Below are positions 13,365 to 25,696 of a stretch of 64,000 nt of DNA, piece after piece; within the stretch, counting starts at the first letter, position 1; each line of letters begins with the position of its first letter. The notes under the pieces are model-generated. The model ran no database searches. It was not told where the DNA came from and worked only from the letters and a program-made list of their open reading frames with translations. The translations under genes were made by a program, and so were the position numbers. The stretch is taken from contig JALDZS010000007.1 of assembly GCA_022813965.1 (NCBI GenBank), forward strand, positions 186,001 through 250,000, read 5' to 3'. The DNA comes from Toensbergia leucococca (Eukaryota).

Positions 13365-15352
13365 ATGTCAATAGAGACGGGGGTCAGACGGGTGGGTTAC
13401 AGTTCCTCGCCGCCTTCATCCCCACCGAATGATCCAGAGTCACCGGCCAAGCCGTCATCGGCCACCACAGCCCGAGCAAACACATTGTCGCATTCTCAGA
13501 ATCACAACATCGGTGCAAATGTTGGAGGAGAGAAATCATCAGCGGCCGGCATTCTCGCTAAGCCGAACCACGTAGTTGTCCCCGCATCCATCACTCTGGC
13601 TCCGAAAAAGCCTCGCAAGAAGAAAGACGCAAACAATTTGAACAGTACGAGTACCACCACCGCCTCATCCACAACCAAAGAAGCCAAGCCTAGAAAACCA
13701 CGAGCACCGCCAGACAAGTCAAAGAAGAAATCTAAAGCCGACCCTTCGACTGAAAGCAAGATCGCACCCGCTATATCATCTCGCCAACCCAAAATCTCTT
13801 TCGACCTGCTGCCGCCATCCTCGGCTCTATCAAGTACCCATGTTCTCGCTACTGGTGCCGCCCTACACCAAAATGGAAATAATGAAGTTATCGCCAACAA
13901 AAGTATCGCTTTTTGCGACAATTTCCCTCCTGGCCAACAAATCCCACGTTCAAGTAGTGGCCAAAACTATGATCCAATCCGATCATCAACCACGACTGAG
14001 CCACGGGCTTCGCCACACCAACCCTTTAGTACCCGCCCTCTATCACCAACACCTGTAAGGTCTCCGAATTGCGCGAGTGCATCGCCGTCGATTGCAAGCT
14101 TAATCGAACCGCCAAATGTACCACCAAAGCAGACCTACCCATTTCTTCAACCATCCAAGCTCGCCAACGACCCTCCTCTTCAACCTTTAGCTTCACCCAT
14201 TAAAGCTCGCCTCTCACCACCTGCAAACAAACATGTCCAGCAATCGCCAAGACCACTATCGTCCGATCGTCTTCCTCCGAATGATGAAGCAGGAGCTACC
14301 AGCCATGCTACAACGACTATGGACATTGACGTGGACCAAAGTTGTGGTCCCCTAAGCAGGCCTTCAACTATTGCCAAGAAATCCTCCACGAGCACCAGTA
14401 CCGGCCCTTCTTCCCTAGCCAATTCTCCTAAACCCATTCGCCAAAAAGAAACGCCTCTTCCTCTTGCGTCAGGCAATGGCATCCTTTCCAGCGCTATCTT
14501 CGGAGGCACTTACGATAGCACGGGTCCCGAAAAAATCGCGCCAACCGTGATATTACATGTGCCGCTCAATGGTGGGAACAACATGTACATCAATTTTGCA
14601 CGGATGGCGGAAGAGCAATATGGATTCAATGCATTGCACCCACGACTGGCGGCACAGCGGGAGAGGCTCGCTCGAGTTGCTGCAGCTGGTGCGGCGCTTG
14701 AGAACGCACAGAAGATGGGGAGGAATTCCGGGTCTGGCATGTCAACAGATGAAATGTCGGTCGATCTTTCCGAAGGTGAAACTAGTAATGTAGAGATGGG
14801 TGGTATGGGAGTGAGCGGGATTGACATGATGGGAGATGGGAATGGCGGCGAGGGAAGTGAGAGTACATTGAAGAAGATGGTGCCGAAGAAGAGAAAGATG
14901 AAGGAGGATCAGTACGACAAGGAGGACCCTTTTGTGGACGACACTGAGCTGGCGTGGGAGGAACAAGCTGCTGCTAGTAAAGATGGGTTCTTTGTGTACA
15001 GCGGGCCATTAATACCTGAGGGCGAGAAGGCGAATGTGGAGCGGTATGTATTTGTGAAGCATTTCTCCCCCCTCAAATTGTCATGACAGCCTACTCATGA
15101 CTGCAATTTCACAGAGCCGAGAGCACAGCAAAACGTGGCCGCGGGAAAGGAAGAGCTGGAGCGACGAGAGGAACCGGGACTGGCAGAGGTGGAGCCGCCG
15201 GAGGAGGCACGCCTGGCACTCGAGGTGGGGGTGCCAGTGGGGCGAGGAAGCCAAGGGTGACGAAGGCATCCAAGCTCGTCATGGATCAAGAAAAAGTTGA
15301 GCGAGAAAAGATGGCCGTTCTCGCCGCAAAACCTACCAGCTATCCCGGATGA
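13365..15352 (+). CDS. HPC2: HIR complex subunit Hpc2/Hip4-like (HUN domain)
   Basis: YINFARMAEEQYGFNALHPR and HUN motif QYDKEDPFVDDTE...KDGFFVYSGPL; intron 15044-15114 joins an RG-rich last exon. Confidence 0.85.
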
Positions 15353-15985
15353 GAGAGCCGACTTTGTGCATCATCTTTATCCTACTCGATTACTGTTCGA
15401 TCTAACTTCTTGAGATTCGCACTTGCGCGAAGGCCATTTAGTTGTTGCGTTTGCTCCCTCTTTTGCTTTCAGACCTGTACTCGGAGTATCACGGACTGCA
15501 ACGGCGGCTATTGTTTGCGTCTAGCAGTCTAGCATTTGCGTAGAACTACCTACGAATTAGCGATGAGGGGAAAGGTTATTTGCAGTACTGAAACGGGATG
15601 GCTTATAATGACAGCTTTGGCGCTATACCATAGAGCACGGTGTCGACGGCTTCGACTGTACGATATTGAACTTTTTTTCTCCTCTGTCCTTGCCACATAG
15701 GATCAGCGCTACTTATTTTGCATTATACTACCGAGGTGTCATCACAACGAAAACTTGTGCAATTAATTACTACGGCATTTTTTCCAAGCCCTCAAGGAGC
15801 AAACCTAGTTAACAACAAAGGTCTCAGCAGCTCACACCTGTGGCCTGCTCCTGTGCCTGATCTACCCTAATTTCAAAAAGCCCCAAAGAACCACTTCCGC
15901 AAGCATACCAATTCCAGCTCAAAACCCCACTCCCCCTTTCACGCATCTCGCTCTTAACCCCCCACCCTACCACCAGACTAATCGC

Positions 15986-16594
15986 TCACTCCCCCTCGGC
16001 CGCGGCCTCCCCTCCCTCCTGTGCCCTTCTCTTCGACCTCCGCCGCCAATACCAAACCCCCATCCAGAGTATGAAAACGCCGCCCACAACCCCAACAATG
16101 ATATAAACCGTCTCGTGGCCGGTCCCGCCAGAATGCTGCGCCGACGTGCCCGGCACCACCGAGCTTCCCGGTGCTAGAATGAAAATAATCAACTCAGCCA
16201 CAGACTCATTTTAGCATATTTTTTTTTTTCACAAGTGGGGTGAGGGGGGGAAGTGGTGAAGTGCTGGGGGACAAGATCATCGCGAACCTATAGGCAAGAT
16301 CGAGCCGGCGTTACCGGGGGCAGATGTTTCAGTCGGAGGCGGATACTCGACGCCGGAGGTGTAGCCAGGGGGCCAGATGTAGCCGGGGGGAGGCGGGTAG
16401 GGGAGGAATTCTGTTGGGGGGGTTTCGGTTGGGGTTGGTTGACGGCGGAGGAAGGAGGTGAGGAGGGTGGTGAGGGAGGAGTGGGATTGTCCGGAGGGTG
16501 GGTGTGAGATCGTGGGAGAGCTGGTGGGAGAGCTGGTAGGCGAGGGGAGGACGTAGAGGAGGACAGTGGCTGGGTGGGGAGGTTGAGGGTTCAT
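15986..16594 (-). CDS. Uncharacterised Pro/Ser/Thr-rich single-pass membrane protein (about 164 aa)
   Basis: ORFs 16277-16594 and 15986-16201 join in frame through a GT-AG intron 16174-16287; hydrophobic VYIIVGVVGGVFILWMGVWYW followed by RRRSKRR. Confidence 0.6.
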
Positions 16595-17161
16595 AGTTGT
16601 GGGTGAGCTTGGGTTAATTTGTTGGTAGGTATTAGGTGGTTCGAGAAATGACGATTGGTGGCTTCAAGGTAGAGAAATGGAACATGAAATCCTGAAGGGG
16701 ATATATAATGAGAGATCTGCCTGCGAGGATTCACAGTGCGCCTTATCTTGAAATTGAGTCATGAATGCCGAGCAAGATCAATCAAGAGTATTGGGCTTTC
16801 TGTATTCACAATGTAGATGGCATCTTGAAATCGGGTCGTTGTTGTTGGTCAATTTTGTAGGAAGGGAATGTGTCTCTTGTTGGCTGATGAAATATCTCAC
16901 ATCAGACAACATCATCTTGGAATTGAACCCAATAACAACTGCTACCTTAAGTGTAACATTTCTCCTTTTTCAAAGCCAGGTGACAACACCACGATTTTCG
17001 GAGCCTTTGATGCTGTCGCGAGACTTACATCGTCTGGAGAACCCTGCATTTGGGATACTTGGACGAATTGAGAAGGCGTAAAATGGGAAGCGTACTGGCG
17101 TACTTATCAACCTAACGTGGATTGTGTTAAACAAAACCTGAATTCGTAGATCAAGAGCGAC

Positions 17162-18964
17162 CTAAGATGTTGACCTAGATTCCATGTAGACTCCCCACCA
17201 TAGACCCATATTAGCAGCAACAACCAAATCCAGCATCTTCAATCCTTCATTTTCCACAATCAACTTGCCAAGTTTTGCTTGCTTTCCACCAAATCCGCCT
17301 CCGGCATACTCTTGGCCCAGACTTAGATCCAGACTATCACTAGTCTCTACTTCTCTGTCAAGAATCTTGTCATTATGAGCTTCGCGTGAAGACCTTCGCC
17401 ACATGTGCTGTCTTGAGAAAAAGGAAGACCGCTTGAATTCCATCGAGGTGCCATGCGGCGATGGAGGCTCGGCAAAAGGGTGACCATGGTAGTGGGAGCT
17501 TGGTAGGTTGAAACGAAGTTCGCTGACTGGTACTGGGCTTGTGGATGGGCGATTATGTTTACACTTCAACGCTCGACCCGTGACACTTGCATGAAATTCG
17601 CATAGGCCGTTCCAAGGACTTGCGAACATGTAGCCTCTAGACTTGGCGGGTTCATGCTCTGGTGAAGCGACTGGTGTCTCACTGTCAAGATCAATGGCCT
17701 CCATGGACTGCCCACTACTTCTTGCAGAATCAGCCCGCGGGCCCTGCTCAGGCCTTTGTTTTTGTTCAGATCGGCCTTGGTATTTATGTTCTGATCTCTG
17801 AAGCAGGCGCCGAAAAACTCCGTGACCTTTGGTATTTTGCCCGCCAGGGAAATGCTCATCATGCGGAACATTGATGTTATCAACAGATCGAGGGAGCGAG
17901 CCAGTAGAGTTTGGGTCTACAAATTTTGAATAGCCTGGCGTTGTAATCTCGATTGATATTGCGTTCCCCAACTGCTTGCGAGCTTTCTCTTTGCCTGAAT
18001 TGGAGACAGCTTGCGACGTACTGCATATCTTGCCTATATTCCATTGATGACCTGAAGCAGGATCACGGCGAATTAATGTGATTGACAGACTTCGCACTTC
18101 TTCATCTTCTACTTCAAAATCTTGCCTTGGAACGTAGCTTTGAGTAGTGCATCCACTGTGTGTAGAATGGTTGTCAGTTTGGTGGACTATACTTGGATTA
18201 GCCGCTTTGAGACTATCAGCAGAGGTTCTAGGAGCAGTATCTCGGCGAGGCTCTTTCTGCATGAGGCCTTGCCTAGACGGCATCACCGGACCTATCGTTC
18301 CCGGCTGGGCTGACCACCTTCTCGATTTAATGTTCTCTGACTGAGGACTCATCTCTAGGAGTGCATTATTTTCAGACTGGAGACGCTGGTGTAATGGACG
18401 AGGGCCTAAAAGCCGCCGTCTGGGGACGGTGGATAAGCTGAGAAGTTGGGAATTAGTACCATTTACGATGGGTTCTTGTTCAGACGCTACCGCAGGCTGT
18501 TGTAATTGAGGACTGGTTCCTGATGGCAGTCCTTGGCGGTTTCTTGTATTTGATTGAAGGGTAAGTGCAAGGGGTTTTCTTCGAACTTGCTCAGTACGTT
18601 CGGTAGACATGCCACAAGCCTGGGACTGCTCCTGGTCCTGTGACGAGCACAACTCGTCTTGAAGCTCCTCATCATTTCGACAATTCACATGTAGATAGTA
18701 CAACGAGCTCTGAATATCTTGAGCAGTGACAATCTTCTGCAGCGGCTTCAGGGTTGTAAGAAACACATCTGATCAAGGCGTGAGCTTTGGTGGTTTGAGG
18801 AAAATGCTTTCACCTTAGGAAGACTGACCCTTGCTCCCCGGAACGCGTGCAATATATAACACCAGAGGTTCCCCAGTGTCTGAAGTTGGGCTGTGCAGAT
18901 CTCTGGGCGGATTCTGTGCTAGAGTGGTGAGGCTGGATAATGATCGGGCTTCAATGACTGCCAT
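17162..18964 (-). CDS. Conserved-looking fungal hypothetical protein
   Basis: MAVIEARSL...PLVLYIARVPGSK|DVFLTTLKPLQKIVTAQDIQSSLYYLH across one intron; 534-aa open frame; C-terminal LGQEYAGGGFGGKQAKLGKLIVENEGLKMLDLVVAANM. Confidence 0.8.
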
Positions 18965-19639
18965 TGACTGAAGAAAGCATCGAGAGGCTGGAACTTTCCA
19001 GAAGTCAAAGGATATCTTTCATCCTTATTGAAATGGATGCCTGAACGCGTGCTGTGTGCCCATCTTCATTCGCTGTCAACATGGTAGATGACCAGCGTGT
19101 CAATCAGGCTGTCAGGCTACAGCCCACTCAGCTTTTCATAGTTTCATTCAATTCAACAAACATGGTCACTCATCGAGTCAACAACCTCGACATGGTCTAA
19201 AATAATTGATAGAATTGGCCTGGAGTCTAAACAGATGGTTGGTGCTCTAGGAGTACACATCAATATGGATATTTACAACTACTAATTTAGAACAACAATA
19301 GTCATCTTTGCCCCTGAATAATCGCCATTTGAACTGCTCATCTAGAGCATCACGAACACTCAGGCAAATCATATTGCTGATTTAATCATCTCTCAATGAC
19401 ATAATTTACAATCCCATCGTCTCGCTGTTTCCCCAAATTTACTTACATGGTAGACTTTCCCAAGGGGGTGAATCAACAGCGCTTGTCTCTTCCTTGTGAT
19501 CAAGCTGTATTCGATTAGCTAGCATCTAGATTCGGCAACTTCGTGGTGGTTGCCATCGCAAATATTGTCCGCTCACTTGTCATCTCCATATCGATCATGT
19601 AGTATGTTGACGGCGTGCAGTGCACGAGGTCTAACTTAG

Positions 19640-20903
19640 CTAGGTGCCTAGGCTTGTCAATAAATCCTCCAGATTATGCTTCTTTGAAGCCCGTATCATC
19701 ATCTTCTTGCGAGGCACTTCTCTTGAATTTTCCAGCTCGTTTGGGGTTCTTTTAGAGGACCTAGTGGAACCGGCTGGTCTAGCTTTCGGGTGAATAAGAC
19801 GTCGAAAGCATTTCATTATTTTGTCTCCTCCCATGTTGAATTCCGCATCTAGATCGTAGTCGCCCAATGAGAGGTGCAGAACGGGAAGGAGATCAGTGGC
19901 TAAGATGGCCTCTACAGTCTGGTCCTCGAGATGCAGTGCTCTGCCATGCTGAAAGCAGGCGCGGATAGTCAAATCCCATCCCCTGGTGACCCCTCTACCG
20001 ATCTGGAGCCAAGGACCAAGACCTTTCAGGGTCTTGGATTTCCAGCCAAGTGTCTCTATTTTCATTTGGTCTCCAGAGCAAAGGTCGCAGTCTTCGACAT
20101 TAAAGAAAGTCAGGGAAGGGAATTGTTTCAAGTACACGAAAGATTTTGTTGTGATGTCTTTCTGTGAACAGCAGGTGAGGACACGAAGCATGCTGAACGC
20201 GTCAGCCTCGGTAGCTGCGCGAGACCATGACCGTATGATGCCATCATCAAAGTTGCTCTCTGGACATCCAACGCCCTTGCCTATTGTCAGGGCCCCTAGA
20301 TTGGTGAGCTGGGATAGCTTGACAAGATCTGTTCGAGAGCAAATAACGTTTGATAAAGTCAAGAAAGTTATCCAACGCAACGACAATGATACCGTGGGCT
20401 TGGTATAGTCTGCGAGGCTCATGTTGGGATGAAGGACGATATGATGCTTGTGTTGCAACATCTGGTCCAGATCATTTCCATACGCCTCAACAAAGACAGT
20501 AAAAATATACACACTATCCAACTGACTACATGAATTTGATGAGCATGGTTCTGCAAGGAAAGACAACAGAGCCATACTAGGCAAGAATGCGTTCCCATAA
20601 TCGCTTGCCAATCTCCCAGGGCATTTCTCTCAAACTTTCAGGTGTAATGCTGAGGATATTTGTAAGTGCATTCCGTATGGCCATATTTACAAGCGATGAG
20701 CATCCAGGACCTCGGGATCGGAACGAATCGACCTCACGCGTGCTGCCAATGGTCTTCCTGACCCAATCAGAAGTCATTGGCCCCGAATGACGTAGAACTT
20801 CGGTGTAGACCTGACCTGAGTCTTGATCAAAAGCCCTGGCCTTCTGCTGATCATGCCTTTGGACATGTGCAACGTTGTGCCTGATCTTGAGAAGGCGAGA
20901 CAT
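19640..20903 (-). CDS. Hypothetical LRR-like protein with possible BC-box, 2 exons
   Basis: ORFs 20577-20903 and 19640-20611 join through an intron (GTATGG...TAG) to give ILAY|QLDS; LxxLxL repeats (LTNLGALTI, FSMLRVLTC, FPSLTFFNV). Confidence 0.75.
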
Positions 20904-21110
20904 GCTGCAGATTGTTTTGTTGTCGTCGTGCTTCCCGCTATTTATGAGCGATCCGCCAGAGTGTCCCGTTGGTTCGCTGGTGGGTCGAGCGCTAATTATT
21001 ATAGTTCACTCTAAATAAGCGAACGCACATTACCTTACCTTCTGTTGATTTCCACCTTCGATTATCAAGCACCTCTGCAGTCGAAGGTTGAGGACGACAT
21101 TTTTGTCGAG

Positions 21111-21839
<729 letters not shown>

Positions 21840-22486
21840 GCTTGGATAGGCTGCTTTTGCCTCCGAGCATTAGATAGGATGACTATGAGAGGAAATTTCG
21901 TGGTGCATGTATGCTAGCTGTTGTTGAGATACATGAGACGATTATTGAAACCTTTGCATTGTTAAGGCCCTCAGAGTAATTGCTGATTCGCAGCCTATTC
22001 TCGGTTTGTCAATGTTCTCTTTGTAGTGGTGACTGGCACCCCTTGGTACAAAAGTGTTCTCCAAACATGTAGATGGTCATGACTTAAATCACAAAAACAA
22101 TGCACCTCGATGCCTACCCGATATGCAATTAAGCCGAGATTACAGGCGCGGTTTTCATGAATTCAACCATGTCAGAAATCAAGCCTTTAGAACGAGAGTG
22201 ACGGTAGACCTCTATGTTGGAGCAACAAACCAGAAGCTGGATCTCACATAGTTCGTACGCTTGAAGAGCAGGCTAGAGCGCCTTTCGGAATTCTCTGATT
22301 GAGACGAAGTAACTCAACACATGATAATTGAATTCATTCCTCTGTTGCTCAAGGTGAAGCTTAAAGAACTCGTCTGCTTCTGTGACTTACTCCAAGTGTG
22401 CTTCCTCTATTGAATGTTTAGATTTGGCTTTTGAACTAATAAACCGTCTTCCTCATCTGAATATTCCTCAGCAGTCTTCTTAAGTC

Positions 22487-24018
22487 ATGCAAGAAGATGA
22501 CAGCGGATACAGGGCAGTAGCCTACTTTGTCAATTGGCATGTCCTAAGCTTCTCAAAGGTGAGACTGCTCTCTAATCAAGGCTATCATCTAGGGCTATAT
22601 ACGGAAGGGACCATCAACCGCAAGATCTACCAGCAGACAAGCTCACGCACATACTCTACGCGTTTGCCAATGTCCGGCCCGAGAGCGGTGAGGTGTATGC
22701 TATATACCTAAATGGTCTTGTATCTCGCCCGACTGAATGTGACTTAGCTACCTGACTGATAGCTGGAGCGATGTCGAGAAACACTACCCATCCGACTCCT
22801 GGAATGATACGGGTACCAATGTCTACGGCTGCATCAAGCAGCTTTTCCTCCTCAAGAAGAGACACCGACAGCTAAAGGTTCTGCTATCCGTGGGTGGATG
22901 GACATACTCGTCCAACTTCGCTCAACCAGCTGCGACTCCTGCAGGAAGAGCTCGTTTCGCGGACTCGGCAGTACAGCTAGTCAGGGACTTGGGATTTGAT
23001 GGTAATATCACGCATTGATGTGCCCTTCAGCCCAACTGAATCAACCTTCAGGACTTGATATTGACTGGGAATATCCGAAGGACGATACCGATGCGAGGAA
23101 TCTCGTGCTCTTGCTCGAAGATACTCGAAAAGTACGAGCAAGTTTCGAGTATGTTTACTTAGCTTTCTGGCTAACTGCTTCCAGGCGCTAGATGCTTATA
23201 CATCCAAAAACGGCGGTAGAAGGATGTTGCTCACAGTAGCGTGCCCAGCTGGTATGGCCATTCACTCAGAGTGGCAGCCATTACCTCCACTCATATCCTC
23301 TAGGCTCCCAGAATTACCAAAGGATGCACCTCAAAGCCATGGACAAACATCTTGACTTTTGGAATCTCATGGCATACGATTATGCCGGCTCATGGGACTC
23401 CGTCGCAGGCCACCAGGCGAACTTGTTATCTTCGGTCTCAAACCCCCAAAGCACGCCTTTCTCAACATCTAGGGCAGTTGATCACTACAAATCTCAAGGT
23501 GTTGCTGGATCAAAGCTTATCTTGGGTATGCCTCTTTACGGTCGAGCATTTGCCTCAACCGATGGACCCGGAAAGCCTTTTTCTGGAACAGGCGAAGGCA
23601 GCTGGGAGCAGGGCGTTTGGGATTTCAAGGCATTACCCCAGAATGGAGCGCGAGAATTTATTGACGAGCAAGCTGGAGCAAGCTGGAGCTACGATGCCAG
23701 AAGGAAGCTGATGGTGAGCTACGATACTATTGAGAACGCAAAGCAGAAGGTGGATTTCGTTTGGAGAGCGAAGCTAGGAGGCGTGATGTGGTGGGAAAGC
23801 AGTGCCGATAAACTAGGTGACGATAGTCTTATTAGGGTGGTAAGTTCAAGTTCGCCCGAGCCGATACAAAGCGATTACCTGTCATCCTAATCTTGCGTGG
23901 GCAGGTCGTTGACAGACTCGGTGGGATTAGAGGAGGGAAGATGGATTCCTCCCAAAACACTCTATCGTATCTAGGGTCAAAGTTTGACAATCTCCGAAAC
24001 GGGATGCCACAAGAGTAA
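22487..24018 (+). CDS. GH18 chitinase (bacterial-type, subgroup A), no obvious signal peptide, multi-exon
   Basis: [25 protein letters not shown], catalytic [38 protein letters not shown]. Confidence 0.95.
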
Positions 24019-24135
24019 ACGACGGGTGACCTGTGTTTCTTAGGTATACTATCGCTTGAAAGGGTTGATGTGTCCTCAAAGTCAAGTCCGATACCACAAG
24101 CCTATCCAAAGCTATCTTCTCGTTGTACTGTGAAT

Positions 24136-25077
24136 TCAGCCATTTTTGACAAGTGGTGGAGGAAGGGCTTGTCGACAGGCTTCCTCCTGCAAATCCATCA
24201 TGCCGTGTCCGAAAGGGTCCCTGGTTCTGAGGAAGCTTTGTATTCTTTCATCTTTGTTTACAGCTCCGAGAGACTCTTTCCGCCTTCGCTGAATATCCTT
24301 GCTACAGTCATCGTGAATGATCTCAATCTGTTCCATAAATGTCCTCGAATGTTCCCCAACCCTCGTAGCTGTTCCAATCCCACCCAGCGCTGCCACAACG
24401 ACGATCAAAGATACAAATCCACCGTTCGAGAAGTAAAGAGGCTCTTGCTTGCCTTTAGCATCTCTCCGATACCATCTCTCCCAGTCCTCCCATGTCGCAT
24501 TCTGGGCTGGCGATGCGTTGGTATCAAAGCCAGACCATCCTGTGCCGGCAGCACGATCCCACTTATGATTTGACCGTCCCACTTCTGGCTGACCATTCCA
24601 ACCAGCTCCATACCTGTCGTAAGCAATCCGTTTTACTGGGTCTGATAGGATATCATTGGCCGCGACTATCAAGCGATATCTCTCGAGCTTTGCCGCATGA
24701 GACAAGAAATTAAGGTTCGCGGAAGATGCGGTACAAGCTTGCCGATCTGGGTGATACAATTTGACAAGCTCATAGAATCGACTCTTGGAGTATGGTGCAC
24801 TTTTCTTCTGCTTGAAGATCTGGTATGGAGTAGGAATTGCAGTAGCAGAAGGTAGAACAGGCCAGTGAAGATCATTAGGTTCTCCTGATGAGCAATTGCT
24901 TGCATGCACATCTGCAAAGCCCCGGCGCTGAGTTTTCTGTCCACCATTCAAGTAAGTGGCCGTTCTATTTGTTCGAGGTTCATGATGATGGGCAAAATTG
25001 GTCGAGGAATAGGGGTGAGGGGAGCAGAGGCCATGAAAGTTACTGTACGAGACCAGCAAGATGCTTGACTTCTTCAT
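24136..25077 (-). CDS. J-domain (DnaJ/Hsp40) protein, Jid1-like, probably mitochondrial
   Basis: TPYQIF...FYELVKLYHPD (HPD motif), ANDILSDPVKRIAYDRYG, NATWEDW, C-terminal hydrophobic segment; single 313-aa ORF. Confidence 0.88.
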   Translation of the reverse strand: MKKSSILLVSYSNFHGLCSPHPYSSTNFAHHHEPRTNRTATYLNGGQKTQRRGFADVHASNCSSGEPNDLHWPVLPSATAIPTPYQIFKQKKSAPYSKSRFYELVKLYHPDRQACTASSANLNFLSHAAKLERYRLIVAANDILSDPVKRIAYDRYGAGWNGQPEVGRSNHKWDRAAGTGWSGFDTNASPAQNATWEDWERWYRRDAKGKQEPLYFSNGGFVSLIVVVAALGGIGTATRVGEHSRTFMEQIEIIHDDCSKDIQRRRKESLGAVNKDERIQSFLRTRDPFGHGMMDLQEEACRQALPPPLVKNG

Positions 25078-25696
25078 TATGACCCTGGGGTAGGGGAGGT
25101 TAATCGTGAGAAGACATGGAATTGAGATAAAGGGTAATAGTGAGGATGTGGAGTTGGACCATGTGGTGATGTGGGAGAGGGGCTAAGCCTTAAGCAGCTA
25201 GTCAGTCGCTTCTCTACGCCACACTTCCATGTGTTGCTCTGGGGACTAAGTCAAAACAGTGCCTTGCATCTTCAATCTCGCTGCATTCAATACCTTTCTC
25301 TACACTCCACCACATCTCTCCGCATATCGCAAGCTGAGCTTGCAATCATTCTATTCAATATCAAACAGTCTCCGACCCGATATTTGAAACTCTAAACACG
25401 AATCAAATCCGACAGAAAACCTAGCAATATCAGAGGAGCTTCGATCCGTGGAGAGCACCTGGTAGGGTTACCGTCCAAACCCAAGATTGTGAAATCAATC
25501 TTGTATCTACCCAGTTGCATTTGAATCGCTTGAGCAGGGCGCACAGAACTCGAGCGTTGCCCGGCCGAACGGCTTGCGCTGCGTGAGGTAAGTGAGTCCG
25601 AGATGACTGTAGATGGCTGGCCTAACGTGATCAGTCTCGAACCAAGAAGGAGAACCTTCGACAATTGCTTTTCGAACTCGACTTGCATTTCCATCC

